Assembly: GCA_011087955.1 (NCBI GenBank)
Contig: JAALKR010000006.1
Coordinates: forward strand, 15,661-79,660
DNA length: 64,000 bases
Source: Oligoflexia bacterium
GTDB taxonomy: Bacteria > Bdellovibrionota > UBA1018 > CAIPTA01 > JAALKR01
Reading direction: 5' to 3'
Below, in pieces: positions 26,570-37,017 of the stretch. The notes beneath the pieces were generated by a model. It saw nothing but the letters and a program-made list of their open reading frames with translations, did not search any database and had not been told where the DNA came from. Each line of letters opens with the position of its first letter. The stretch's first letter is position 1. The translations under genes were made by a program, and so were the position numbers.

Positions 26570-28555
26570 TTAGTAAGAAATGGGATAATCAGTAAAACTA
26601 ATCCCCCTCCTATCATAGGTCTTTCGACACTCTTCTAAATCAAGTGGGTTGCTGGAAGCAACTCCCTGAGTACTGGACAAGCTAGAGTTGATTTTTTCGC
26701 TAAAGCAAGAAACCAAATGAACTGGCTCTCCACACTGGCTGATACCTGGCCTCCCAGGATAGTCTTTACAACCGGAATTAAATAACGGCACCATAAAATC
26801 GTTGGCATCATAACCAGCAGCCAGCAGCATTAACGCTCTTCCTGTGGAGCGCGGAGCAATTCCAGAGCCGCCGACATAGTGAACAATACCGAGAATTTCA
26901 TTACCGTCTCCACGAATATCCACGGGGAAGCCCTCTCCGGGATAGTTGGCAAGAATTCCTGGCACGACATCACCTCTAACTCTAGCTCGCATACTATGCA
27001 TTGAATCGTTAAATATGGCAGTTGAAAGCTTAGCTTGAAAGAGAATACTGTTATCTATTGCCCACTTCACTCGCGATTTCTTACTAAGCCCTGCCGGCAT
27101 GCCTGAAGGATATTCGATCTTATACGCTTGTGCAACTCGCTCCAAATAACCCGAATTATCGAGGTTTAATTGGAAAAGCCCGTAGGACTCACCATGCCCA
27201 ATACCATCGTAGCGGCTTGGCTTCATAGTCGATTCACGATAGAGATTAGCCAGTGCCATATCTGTCGACATAAGCCCTCTCTCATGAGATGCCACTAGCC
27301 CGACTGCTAAATCTTTTACATCTTTCTCTGTCCAACCGCCTATCATGCGAGTACCAGTTTTTTCGTCCACGACCACTTGTCTAGGGAACGTTTCTAGGAG
27401 CATTTTTTCAATGACTTTTTCTGTATCCACCACAGACGGAGCAGCACTAAATACTATGCGATCCTTAGCGTCTGGAATAAACTTCCAATCTTCGTCAATA
27501 AGCCCTTTTTTGGGATTATCTTTGATGCCCGAATGGTGCGAGCCGACGCTCAGGATAGGAGCGTCACCATCGCCATAATCCTCCCAAGAGAATATCGCCA
27601 TTTTTTTTATAGTTTCATCATCTAAGCTGTCTGGAAGAGCTGGAAGAGTTAGTTCAGGAAACTCAGCCTCCCATTTAACTACTGCCCTAACGAACTCTGT
27701 TTCTGAAGCCTCGTTCTGATTTAAATTGAGACTATCAGCTTCTTCATTGAACGCAAAAGATGCCATATTTTCTAGATACTGAGTTCTCAAGGCTTTGAGC
27801 TCTGGAATTTGTTCAATTGCCACTTCCAGTTCTCGCATCTTTTGTCGAATTGGAGCAGTATGCGTTTTATATAAGCTATTTTTCCTGCGATTTAACTCAA
27901 CGCGAAGTTCATTCAATGTATTGTGAACGACTTTAATCATTTGCTCTTTTTCCCCCTTGAGCTCATTCATTACGACACAATCGGTTATCTCGACCAGATT
28001 TCCCCTTAGTTGCTTGGATTGAATGACATATTTTCGTGCATGCTCAGCGAGATATCGTCGTGCCCGATCTAGCCGGTCATTCATAATTCGAAGGTTATGG
28101 TACTCGCCCATTATAACTGTCTTTTCTCTATCGATCCCCTTAATGCCCACTGCCTGCAAACTTCCTCGCATCTGCTCAACATCCTCCTCTGTGCGTAAAG
28201 CTAAGGTGTCTCCAATTTTTCGAGAATAAAAGTCCTTATTTTTTCTCAGCTGTAACTCAAGCTTCACTGAGCCTATGCAAATCGCCGTACCCTGCTTGAT
28301 ACTTTGGCTAAAGGAACTGCAATGTTGATAGGCAATATGAGCCATTGAGTGTTTTCTACAAGCAAACTTAAGCGATAGATATTTTGGTCGCTTGGGCGGA
28401 ATCGGAAATTTTTCTGGAAGCCCATTTGCAATCGATTCCGTTGGGAAAACCAGGCCCCATGCGAGTAAGCATATACCCAAAAGCCAGGCAAACAAGCATA
28501 CACCCAGGGCCCATACGGACGAGTGCATACAAAAATTTTTCCTAATCAGACTCAT
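26570..28555 (-). CDS. Membrane-anchored protein with a coiled-coil middle and a C-terminal lysozyme-like (lytic transglycosylase-like) region
   Basis: N-terminal hydrophobic segment VWALGVCLFAWLLGICLLAWGLVF. The central region is rich in heptad-like charged sequence. GHGESYGLFQLN resembles the catalytic Glu-Ser ... G-L-x-Q motif of SLT/lysozyme-like folds. Confidence 0.5.
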   Translation of the reverse strand: MSLIRKNFCMHSSVWALGVCLFAWLLGICLLAWGLVFPTESIANGLPEKFPIPPKRPKYLSLKFACRKHSMAHIAYQHCSSFSQSIKQGTAICIGSVKLELQLRKNKDFYSRKIGDTLALRTEEDVEQMRGSLQAVGIKGIDREKTVIMGEYHNLRIMNDRLDRARRYLAEHARKYVIQSKQLRGNLVEITDCVVMNELKGEKEQMIKVVHNTLNELRVELNRRKNSLYKTHTAPIRQKMRELEVAIEQIPELKALRTQYLENMASFAFNEEADSLNLNQNEASETEFVRAVVKWEAEFPELTLPALPDSLDDETIKKMAIFSWEDYGDGDAPILSVGSHHSGIKDNPKKGLIDEDWKFIPDAKDRIVFSAAPSVVDTEKVIEKMLLETFPRQVVVDEKTGTRMIGGWTEKDVKDLAVGLVASHERGLMSTDMALANLYRESTMKPSRYDGIGHGESYGLFQLNLDNSGYLERVAQAYKIEYPSGMPAGLSKKSRVKWAIDNSILFQAKLSTAIFNDSMHSMRARVRGDVVPGILANYPGEGFPVDIRGDGNEILGIVHYVGGSGIAPRSTGRALMLLAAGYDANDFMVPLFNSGCKDYPGRPGISQCGEPVHLVSCFSEKINSSLSSTQGVASSNPLDLEECRKTYDRRGISFTDYPISY

Positions 28556-28630
28556 TACACAACCTCTGGCCTCAGTCCCCCATCGGATAGCATGAGGATT
28601 TAGTTTAATGTTTTCCAGGACGTTAAGGAC

Positions 28631-28672
28631 AAAAAAAAGCCCCGGTATCTCCGGGGCTTTCTCTCTTTTTTT
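28631..28672 (-). terminator. Intrinsic terminator downstream of groEL (possibly bidirectional)
   Basis: AAAAAAAAGCCCCGG-tatct-CCGGGGCTTTCTCTCTTTTTTT. A GC-rich 7-8 bp stem is flanked by an A-run and a T-run, about 50 nt after the groEL stop. Confidence 0.8.
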
Positions 28673-28717
28673 GAGTGTTTTTGATGTTTTAGAGCGCCGC
28701 AGGGGCAGCGCCTATTG

Positions 28718-30373
<1,656 letters not shown>

Positions 30374-30401
30374 TTATTTCTCCTTATAGCTGTCTAAATT
30401 T

Positions 30402-30695
30402 TTATTGGATGATGCCGAGGATATCGTCTTCACGCATGATTAGATAGTCTTCGTCTTCAAATTTAACCTCTGTGCCTGAGTACTTACCGAAAAGAACTTT
30501 ATCGCCTCTTTTCACTGTAAGTGGGGTGACGGTGCCACTGTCGGCCACGCGGCCCGCGCCCGCTGAAACCACTTCACCCTGAGCTGGCTTTTCTTTCGCC
30601 GTGTCAGGAACGATGATTCCACCCTTTGTCTTTTCTTCTTCGCTAGAGCGCCTCACCAAAAGACGATCATATAAAGGTGTCACTTGCATGTTCAC
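30402..30695 (-). CDS. groS: Co-chaperonin GroES
   Basis: 97 aa. [10 protein letters not shown]...[19 protein letters not shown] is typical of GroES. 31 nt upstream of groEL. Confidence 0.95.
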   Translation of the reverse strand: MNMQVTPLYDRLLVRRSSEEEKTKGGIIVPDTAKEKPAQGEVVSAGAGRVADSGTVTPLTVKRGDKVLFGKYSGTEVKFEDEDYLIMREDDILGIIQ

Positions 30696-30850
30696 TCCTT
30701 AGTTATTAGGTTTATATTAGTTCAACAAATCATACAGATCCCTTGGATCCACCCCCAAGCTGTATTCGATTACCGGACTGTCAAGGAAAAGAAAGTCATT
30801 TTTTTTCTGAAAAATCCATAACTTATTAAAATTAAAAAGAAAATACTTTC

Positions 30851-31390
30851 TTAGGAAAAGCGTTTTATAAGCACAATCCGTGCTTCATTGAGCTGCTCGG
30901 CTCGCTGGTTGGCCTGTTTGACGTAGGCGGGGCCAAGGTGCTGCACTCGGTCCGGATGATAGCGCTTGATCCAATGTTTATAGGCCCCCATGATCTGTGC
31001 TTTCGTAGCGTTCTGAGTAACGCCAAGCACCTCGTGCGGGCGGCCAGAGAAGTTTGGAGTACGGTATATTTTATACGTGTCCTCATTGGGGCCGGCGGTT
31101 CGATGTCGACGGGGAGCCGATTGGTGGCGGCGTTTTTTTTTCGTCGGTTTTTCTGAGGCTTCTTCCAAGACCTCTTCCGGGGCCTCCAAGGCAATGTAAT
31201 CGACGGTCTTCTGACGCTGCTCGTCTGTGATCTGATGCCTATCACTACCCCAAAGCGGGTCCTCCCACATGTCTTCACGAAACCGACTCGCTTCTCTTCC
31301 TCTCAGGAAACCTGCCGCCCGAATAACGACAATGAGGCAAATGACTCCACTAATGAACAGAAAATTTTCGTGAGTGAAGAGTGTTTTCAT
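30851..31390 (-). CDS. Membrane-anchored J-domain protein
   Basis: N-terminal TM segment (FLFISGVICLIVVIRAAGF). C-terminal J domain with YKHWIKRYHPDRV (HPD motif). Confidence 0.75.
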   Translation of the reverse strand: MKTLFTHENFLFISGVICLIVVIRAAGFLRGREASRFREDMWEDPLWGSDRHQITDEQRQKTVDYIALEAPEEVLEEASEKPTKKKRRHQSAPRRHRTAGPNEDTYKIYRTPNFSGRPHEVLGVTQNATKAQIMGAYKHWIKRYHPDRVQHLGPAYVKQANQRAEQLNEARIVLIKRFS

Positions 31391-31519
31391 TCCTCCATCA
31401 ATCTTGAAGCCTTTTAGTAATAATGTACCGTATTCGAATTAAGCACTGCGAACTAAATTCGGAATAATCTCAGCTAATTCAAGATTTTACTTTCGCCGGA
31501 TTCTTGCATCTAGTCTGGA

Positions 31520-33265
31520 ATGCCTTCCATGACAAATTTTGAGGAACGACAATTGTTATTAGCTCTTTTGAGTGGAAGCTCCGGTGACCTCCCTCCCGAT
31601 TGGCATTTTACCTTTTCGCAGGTCGGACTATTGCATCTCTTCTGTGTCTCTGGATTTCATATTGGCTGCCTAAACTTCTTTCTGCTGCGAATCTGCTTTT
31701 GGAGTAGCCAACTCCTCCCAGTGCAAGCCCTCAAGAATCGAATGCTATTGGTTTGGGGCTTAGGCCCATCCCTATTGCTCTTACCCTATCTAGTTTTTCT
31801 CGACTTCAGCTTCCCCGCCGTTCGCGCCCTGTTTGCTGCAGGATTAGTTCTATGGATCCGGATTCTTGGGCTCAAATTTTCTAATTGGTTTACTTTCCTA
31901 GTTTCCATTTTTTTAGCAAGCATTCTGAGTAACTCCTCCCTTCTATCTATCCAACTATCTATTGCTGCAGTATCCGGGTTCTATTTGTTCCGCTCAAACC
32001 TACAAAAAGGCAGTAAGTCGAATCCAAAGGCGGGCAGTAAAAAAGCAATTCTGAAAAACGGGCTCGCCATATCTGCCGCACCATGGCTGGCCAGTTTGCC
32101 AATCGTCATCTATTGGTTTCATCACTTGCCTCTACTCGCACCTCTAATAAACATGGCATTACTAATTCCAATCGCGTTTTCAGTCTTTACTCCCCTAGTA
32201 CTTTGGGTTTTGTTTTATTCATTGAAGATATCTGTTCTCGAAGAATACTTCCGGAGTCTCTGCCTTGACGCTCTAGAGTTTTTCGTTAACCTTTTGAATC
32301 CACTTGCATTAATTCCTGGAGTAGCCCTATGGGTTCCCAGAGACACTTGGATCACTTACTCCATCGCTGCCTTTGCTACCTTAGTTATTCTGAACAGGAT
32401 CCTCGATAAAATAAGGATAAAAATCCACAACTACTCCTTGGTCCTCATTGTTCTTGCCATCAGCAAAATTTTACCCCCCTCAATTGAAGTCACCAAAGCG
32501 TATCAATTGAACGTCGGGCAAGGAGACGCTTCCTTAGTTATTCATCCCGGCAATGAGGTTTTAGCGATCGATGTCGGACCACCATCCTATGGCGGATACC
32601 CTGCGCGGGCTTCACAAGCCTGGGCCCAGCTTGGCATAAGCGAGTTTCAAAAAATTCTCCTCAGTCATGCGGACGCAGATCATATTGGTGGTCTGGATTC
32701 CGTTCTTCTTCGTCATCGTTTTAAGACAACCAGCTCAGTCGATGGAATTTGGTTACCACTTGCCAGCCTCTATTATCGAAAACTAAGTCCGGCAATTCAG
32801 AGTGCCATCGAATTTGGAGTTCCAATACACATCTTTCCTGAATATACATGGGCGCAAATGAGTCCGTCCGTATCTTGCTATTCTGAATCCCTGGGCTTTC
32901 TATCTAGGAGCAACGACCACTCGCCCTTCTGTTTGATTGAAATGGAAGGACTTCGATTTGCCAGCGGCGGCGATATGAGCAAAAGAAAGGAGAAACTATT
33001 GAGATGGCGCCTTGGAAAGAAAATGCGAGCGGACATTCTCAAATTGAATCATCACGGTTCAAAATCCAGTACAAGTATTCAGTTCCTTGAAGCGGTTCAG
33101 CCTAGTACCGTCATCGTCAGTGCCGCTCGGAAAAATCGCTATTCCCACCCACACCAGGATATAATCAACAGAGTTCGGGAAAAGAATTTACAACTGCTCC
33201 ACACTAAAAATTTCGCTTCCATTCCAGTCCATAATCTCACCTTGAGACAAGTTTTCAGAGATTAA
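31520..33265 (+). CDS. comEC: ComEC/Rec2-family DNA internalisation protein (competence domain plus metallo-beta-lactamase domain), N-terminally short
   Basis: GLLHLFCVSGFHIG competence-domain motif, multiple TM segments, and a C-terminal MBL motif (LSHADADHIGG ... LNHHGS). An in-frame TAG lies just upstream of the ATG. Confidence 0.85.
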   Translation: MPSMTNFEERQLLLALLSGSSGDLPPDWHFTFSQVGLLHLFCVSGFHIGCLNFFLLRICFWSSQLLPVQALKNRMLLVWGLGPSLLLLPYLVFLDFSFPAVRALFAAGLVLWIRILGLKFSNWFTFLVSIFLASILSNSSLLSIQLSIAAVSGFYLFRSNLQKGSKSNPKAGSKKAILKNGLAISAAPWLASLPIVIYWFHHLPLLAPLINMALLIPIAFSVFTPLVLWVLFYSLKISVLEEYFRSLCLDALEFFVNLLNPLALIPGVALWVPRDTWITYSIAAFATLVILNRILDKIRIKIHNYSLVLIVLAISKILPPSIEVTKAYQLNVGQGDASLVIHPGNEVLAIDVGPPSYGGYPARASQAWAQLGISEFQKILLSHADADHIGGLDSVLLRHRFKTTSSVDGIWLPLASLYYRKLSPAIQSAIEFGVPIHIFPEYTWAQMSPSVSCYSESLGFLSRSNDHSPFCLIEMEGLRFASGGDMSKRKEKLLRWRLGKKMRADILKLNHHGSKSSTSIQFLEAVQPSTVIVSAARKNRYSHPHQDIINRVREKNLQLLHTKNFASIPVHNLTLRQVFRD

Positions 33266-33469
33266 AAGAGGAATTTCTGCAGAGACGTTACATAAAACTG
33301 AGCGTAAAACCGAATCTAAGGACTCAGAGTAAGCCAGCTCAAGATCGCGAAAAGAATCCTGTTTTTGTCCTGGCAATGTCGTATAGGTCGTCAGACCTTC
33401 ATAGGACTCTAGTAATTGATACAAATAGACCGCATCAGCCTTGTTTACACGCAAACGGATTGTGCTCAC
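33188..33469 (-). CDS. DUF4911-like small protein
   Basis: 93 aa, GTG start with GAGG upstream. IRLRVNKADAVYLYQLLESYEGLTTYTTL matches my recollection of the DUF4911 N-terminal pattern (R.....i.yl.fllE.YdGl). The 3' end overlaps comEC by 78 nt. Confidence 0.5.
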   Translation of the reverse strand: MSTIRLRVNKADAVYLYQLLESYEGLTTYTTLPGQKQDSFRDLELAYSESLDSVLRSVLCNVSAEIPLLISENLSQGEIMDWNGSEIFSVEQL

Positions 33470-33550
33470 AGTTCTTGACCTCGATTCCCCTCGTTCTTAT
33501 CATATGCTTAAGGGGTTTTGGCAGCTTATATTTAAGGGGAGACTTTATTT

Positions 33551-34474
33551 GTGAAACACTACTTCTTTGGTTCTTGGCTTCGGAAAATTATGCTTCTCAC
33601 ACCATACTTCATCCTTACCCTAACATTGAGTGGATGTGCAATATTCGAGAGGGGCGAAGAGGACATGGATAACGCTCCTCCGTTTCCTCCTTCAAATATT
33701 GAAAACTCTGCGTTCCTTAGCGCTGAAGAGCACGCGGCAGCCAAGAAAGCTTCCAAACTAGTTGGTGAAGACTCCAAATTGCTTGGCGAAAACAAAATCC
33801 TCCAGGATCCGAAAGCACGCCCTGGCTCTGCAGCCGAACAAGAAATTGCACAATTAAATTCCAAAGTCGAAGCCCTGGAAACAAAAATAGAAGTAATACG
33901 AGAGGAAATGCGCCGGATGCAGATTCGCGGCATACAACCAAAGCTTCAAGCCGAACCCAGTCCACAAACGGCTACCGCGACAATACGATCAGCTGGAAAA
34001 GTTCGTGATACAACAAATATTGCGAGTGCAGCTCACACGAAAGCACCCGTTGCTTTGCCTATATCTATAATTAAACAAAAACCAAAGACTATTGAAAGAG
34101 TTGAAAGAGATTTTCAAAATGCAATGAAATTGTTGCGTGAAGGTGACAATCAAGAATCAGCAAATATGTTTTACTCCTTAGCAAAGACGAACCCCGATCA
34201 TGCACTCTCCTCCCATGCTCTGTTTTGGGCTGGTGAAGCCGGTGCCCGAGCAAGGAACTGGAAGATCTCGATCCGCCACTGGACGAAAATAGAGCGAGAA
34301 TATCCTCGTAGTAATTATATGCCTGAAGTCCTTGCCGGCTTATCGCGGGCATATGCGGCGTCGGGCAATCTATCGATGGCAAAAAAATACCGTGAGACCT
34401 TAGTGCAAGCATTTCCGGACTCACCTGCCACCTTGAACTTTATGTCTGGAGATGTCCACAGACGGAAGGAATAA
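33551..34474 (+). CDS. CpoB/YbgF-like lipoprotein (coiled coil plus C-terminal TPR)
   Basis: Lipobox LTLSGC. Coiled-coil segment (QEIAQLNSKVEALETKIEVIREEMRRM). The C-terminal TPR-like FQNAMKLL..G....A...F......P.H.L...A.FW.GEA pattern is typical of YbgF. GTG start with AAGGGGAG RBS. Confidence 0.6.
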   Translation: MKHYFFGSWLRKIMLLTPYFILTLTLSGCAIFERGEEDMDNAPPFPPSNIENSAFLSAEEHAAAKKASKLVGEDSKLLGENKILQDPKARPGSAAEQEIAQLNSKVEALETKIEVIREEMRRMQIRGIQPKLQAEPSPQTATATIRSAGKVRDTTNIASAAHTKAPVALPISIIKQKPKTIERVERDFQNAMKLLREGDNQESANMFYSLAKTNPDHALSSHALFWAGEAGARARNWKISIRHWTKIEREYPRSNYMPEVLAGLSRAYAASGNLSMAKKYRETLVQAFPDSPATLNFMSGDVHRRKE

Positions 34475-34477
34475 TCG

Positions 34478-35794
34478 ATGAGCTGGAGCGCAAAAACTGC
34501 GATTATTTTGAGCGCAATTCTAATTTTTGGGATTGTTGCCACAGTTGAAGCAGGGAAAATAGGCGGCACTTCCACATTGCTTCGCTCAAAAGAAGATATT
34601 GAAGACGAACTTGAGAAAGCTCGTGGAGCCGATCCTTTTAAAATTATCGGACGTAACTTACTTAAAGACTTACTCAGGAAAATGAGTAGCCGTATTGAAG
34701 TAGCAGGATTCATATCGGTGAGAATAAATCGAAGTCTCGGTGAGATAGTGGGGCCTGTATCAGAAGTATCTGTTATTCAGAAAAATTCTGAGGTGTATAT
34801 CCGTTGGAGAGGACAAAACCGACCAGCGTTAGGACAAATTTACTCCCTCTACACTCCAGGTGTTGTGCTTCAAAAACGCACTGACTTTACCGATTTCATG
34901 GTGAAGGAAAATACCTATCACGCCAAAAAGGAGCTAGATAATTATTCCCTCGCCGGATATTTGTATGAATCAAACGGTGATATCAAGATCCTCGATATTT
35001 CTCGCGGTATTGTTAAGGCACGAGTGGTAAAAGCGATTAAGCAAATCTCTGTCGGGGATCAACTCATGAGAGCATTGCCTCGCTATTCGGACATTGAGCC
35101 GGTAGCAACCCCGATTCGAATGACAGCAGCCATCGTAGCTGGATCGCCTCACAACAATATCAACGTAACGCAAGGATCAATGTTATATTTAAACCGAGGT
35201 AAACGAGACGGAATAAAGGTCGGTACACTATTCCACACGCTCGAACCAATTCATTTGACTGATGCTCCTCCCATCAAGAAGGCCGACGGACTCGGAATCG
35301 CAATGGTGATCTATGCTTCGGACGCCTATTCAACAGCTCTGATTTTGCGACAATTCAATGTAATTCGAATTGGGTCACTGATGGAGACAATGCAGGTTGG
35401 GCCTAATCGGCCTTCTCAATTCAATTTAATCTCCGTTAGTGGCGCCCGGCGAGCAAAAAAAGCCGCTATCGACCCGGATTTGTACCTGTCTGAGCTTGAT
35501 AAGATTGAGCGCGACTCGGATATTCTTGCGTTGAGTCCGGAAGAACGCAAACGCCTGGAGCGGCTTCACCTCCAAGAATTGCGCCGCCGCAATCGCTCTT
35601 TGCCTGGCGGTGGCGAAAGCACAGCCCTACCCAATCCGAGAATCGATGAAGGTGCTGCACCACAAACACCAGCCGCCTCCGATCTATTCCGCAGTAGTAA
35701 GAAGCGCCGTAACAACCGAGCTCGTCGATTACGTAAGAAGCAAAAAGAGAAAAAGCTCTCCGATGAGGAAGAGCTCAATCAACTCTTTGAATAG
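34478..35794 (+). CDS. Hypothetical exported protein with an Arg/Lys-rich C-terminal tail
   Basis: Signal/anchor sequence AIILSAILIFGIVATVEA. 438 aa. Starts 3 nt after the cpoB-like stop. No motif recognised. Confidence 0.5.
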   Translation: MSWSAKTAIILSAILIFGIVATVEAGKIGGTSTLLRSKEDIEDELEKARGADPFKIIGRNLLKDLLRKMSSRIEVAGFISVRINRSLGEIVGPVSEVSVIQKNSEVYIRWRGQNRPALGQIYSLYTPGVVLQKRTDFTDFMVKENTYHAKKELDNYSLAGYLYESNGDIKILDISRGIVKARVVKAIKQISVGDQLMRALPRYSDIEPVATPIRMTAAIVAGSPHNNINVTQGSMLYLNRGKRDGIKVGTLFHTLEPIHLTDAPPIKKADGLGIAMVIYASDAYSTALILRQFNVIRIGSLMETMQVGPNRPSQFNLISVSGARRAKKAAIDPDLYLSELDKIERDSDILALSPEERKRLERLHLQELRRRNRSLPGGGESTALPNPRIDEGAAPQTPAASDLFRSSKKRRNNRARRLRKKQKEKKLSDEEELNQLFE

Positions 35795-35880
35795 ATCGAT
35801 TGAGAGGTCACAGGCGCAAAGCAACCTGCTTATAATATCAGATTCGAACTGCGCAAAGCTAATATCATAAAAAATTCAAT

Positions 35881-35918
35881 AGTTATGCATCACATATTGG
35901 CATTTGTGATGCATAACT
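35881..35918. promoter_or_regulatory. Perfect 14-bp inverted repeat with a 10-nt spacer, 8 nt upstream of the dprA start
   Basis: AGTTATGCATCACA (35881..35894), then tattggcatt, then TGTGATGCATAACT (35905..35918). No T-run follows the repeat. Confidence 0.6.
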
Positions 35919-35925
35919 TCCAGGT

Positions 35926-37017
35926 ATGGAAAACAACGAGAAACGATCCAAGCTTCAATTCCTCCACTTCTTCTATGATTTTTCGATTGGCTATTTCAAA
36001 AAAATCGAATCGCTGCCTTTGGCAACTGCATGGAACAGAATAAGGCTAGACAATAAGTCGCTTTGGCCACGTTGGAAAAAAGAAGAAGTAACGAACATTC
36101 ATACTGCACAAACTCTGTTCGCAAAGCATAACTCCCCAGACAGTGCCTCCTTTTCCTGTTATTTTGAAAATGATTTCCCCGAGTCGATTCGGCAGAATAA
36201 ATCATTATCGCCCGTTCTATATTACCTTGGAAATATAGCACTATTTAGCGGCACAAGCGTTTGTGTGGTCGGATCTCGAAACCCCTCAGCCTTTGGGATT
36301 GCCACCACTCGAAATGCGGTCAAATCAATTGTCGAGCTCTCTCAAGCCACCATCGTTAGCGGGTTTGCCCGCGGCATTGATATCGAGGCACACAAGCAAG
36401 CTTTAAGGTCAGGTGGCCGCACCATTGCCATTATCGGCTCTGGCCTAAGTAACCTATATCCTCGGGAGCATTTAAACTATGTAACAAAATTTTCTGGAGA
36501 TAGGTTTCTCCTCTCTAGCCCCTTCCCCTCGCACTGCCCCCCATTACCTAAAAATTTTCCCCGTCGAAATCGACTCCTCACCCATCTATCTGTTGGTACA
36601 GCCTGCGTTGAAGGCGGTCCTAAGAGCGGGTCGTTAATCACAGGCAAGCATAGTTTGGATTTGGGTAAAACAACTTGCGTTTTTATCCAAGACTACCGCA
36701 GTGATTTCGGTCGCGGCTGCATTGAGCTTATTCGATTAGGTGCAGAACCAGTCACAGATATGGAGGATATGCTGGAAAAACTCGCTTTCCCCCTAGGAGG
36801 GCAACTCGGCCTATTTCCCCATTCTCGAAAAGCAATACCCTCAACAAGAAAAGCAACGCCCCCAGAAAAATATGAAGAATTCTCGATCGAGGAATATGCG
36901 AAAAAGAAATGCATCGCCATACCACAAGCTATTTGTGAAATTCAGGAACAAATTGAATCTAACACAATATCTAGAGTGCCCGGCAGGCAAACGCTCTTCA
37001 TAAAAAATTCTTCCTAA
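35926..37017 (+). CDS. dprA: DNA-processing protein DprA (Smf)
   Basis: VVGSRNPSAFG......IVSGFARGIDIEAH..AL..GG.TIAIIGSGL...YP.EH is the Rossmann-like DprA core. Confidence 0.9.
   Translation: MENNEKRSKLQFLHFFYDFSIGYFKKIESLPLATAWNRIRLDNKSLWPRWKKEEVTNIHTAQTLFAKHNSPDSASFSCYFENDFPESIRQNKSLSPVLYYLGNIALFSGTSVCVVGSRNPSAFGIATTRNAVKSIVELSQATIVSGFARGIDIEAHKQALRSGGRTIAIIGSGLSNLYPREHLNYVTKFSGDRFLLSSPFPSHCPPLPKNFPRRNRLLTHLSVGTACVEGGPKSGSLITGKHSLDLGKTTCVFIQDYRSDFGRGCIELIRLGAEPVTDMEDMLEKLAFPLGGQLGLFPHSRKAIPSTRKATPPEKYEEFSIEEYAKKKCIAIPQAICEIQEQIESNTISRVPGRQTLFIKNSS

Noticed and set aside
30696-30850. CIRCE (HrcA) operator or sigma-32 promoter upstream of groES
   Set aside because: No TTAGCACTC-N9-GAGTGCTAA-like inverted repeat and no CTTGAAA...CCCCAT pair is present. 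There is only a TTGACA hexamer without a convincing -10 and a 5-bp palindrome (CTTGG..CCAAG).
30865-31278. 137-aa ORF in an alternative frame of the J-domain gene; similar internal or antisense ORFs in trmFO (50430..50924), the MCC/HMG-lyase region (41980..42616) and the metalloprotease gene
   Set aside because: All are nested in genes with clear family motifs, are Arg/Ser/Pro-rich as expected for off-frame translation, and lack an RBS.
35836-35860. GATTCGAAC sequence resembling a tRNA T-loop
   Set aside because: The flanking bases give only a 3-bp T-stem, and no acceptor or anticodon arms can be built on either strand.
31520-37017. comEC ... dprA as a dedicated competence island or novel DNA-uptake system
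   Set aside because: The intervening genes (DUF4911-like, cpoB-like, exported protein) are envelope or housekeeping types on mixed strands. No comEA, pilin or ssb genes are present, so the proximity is probably coincidental.
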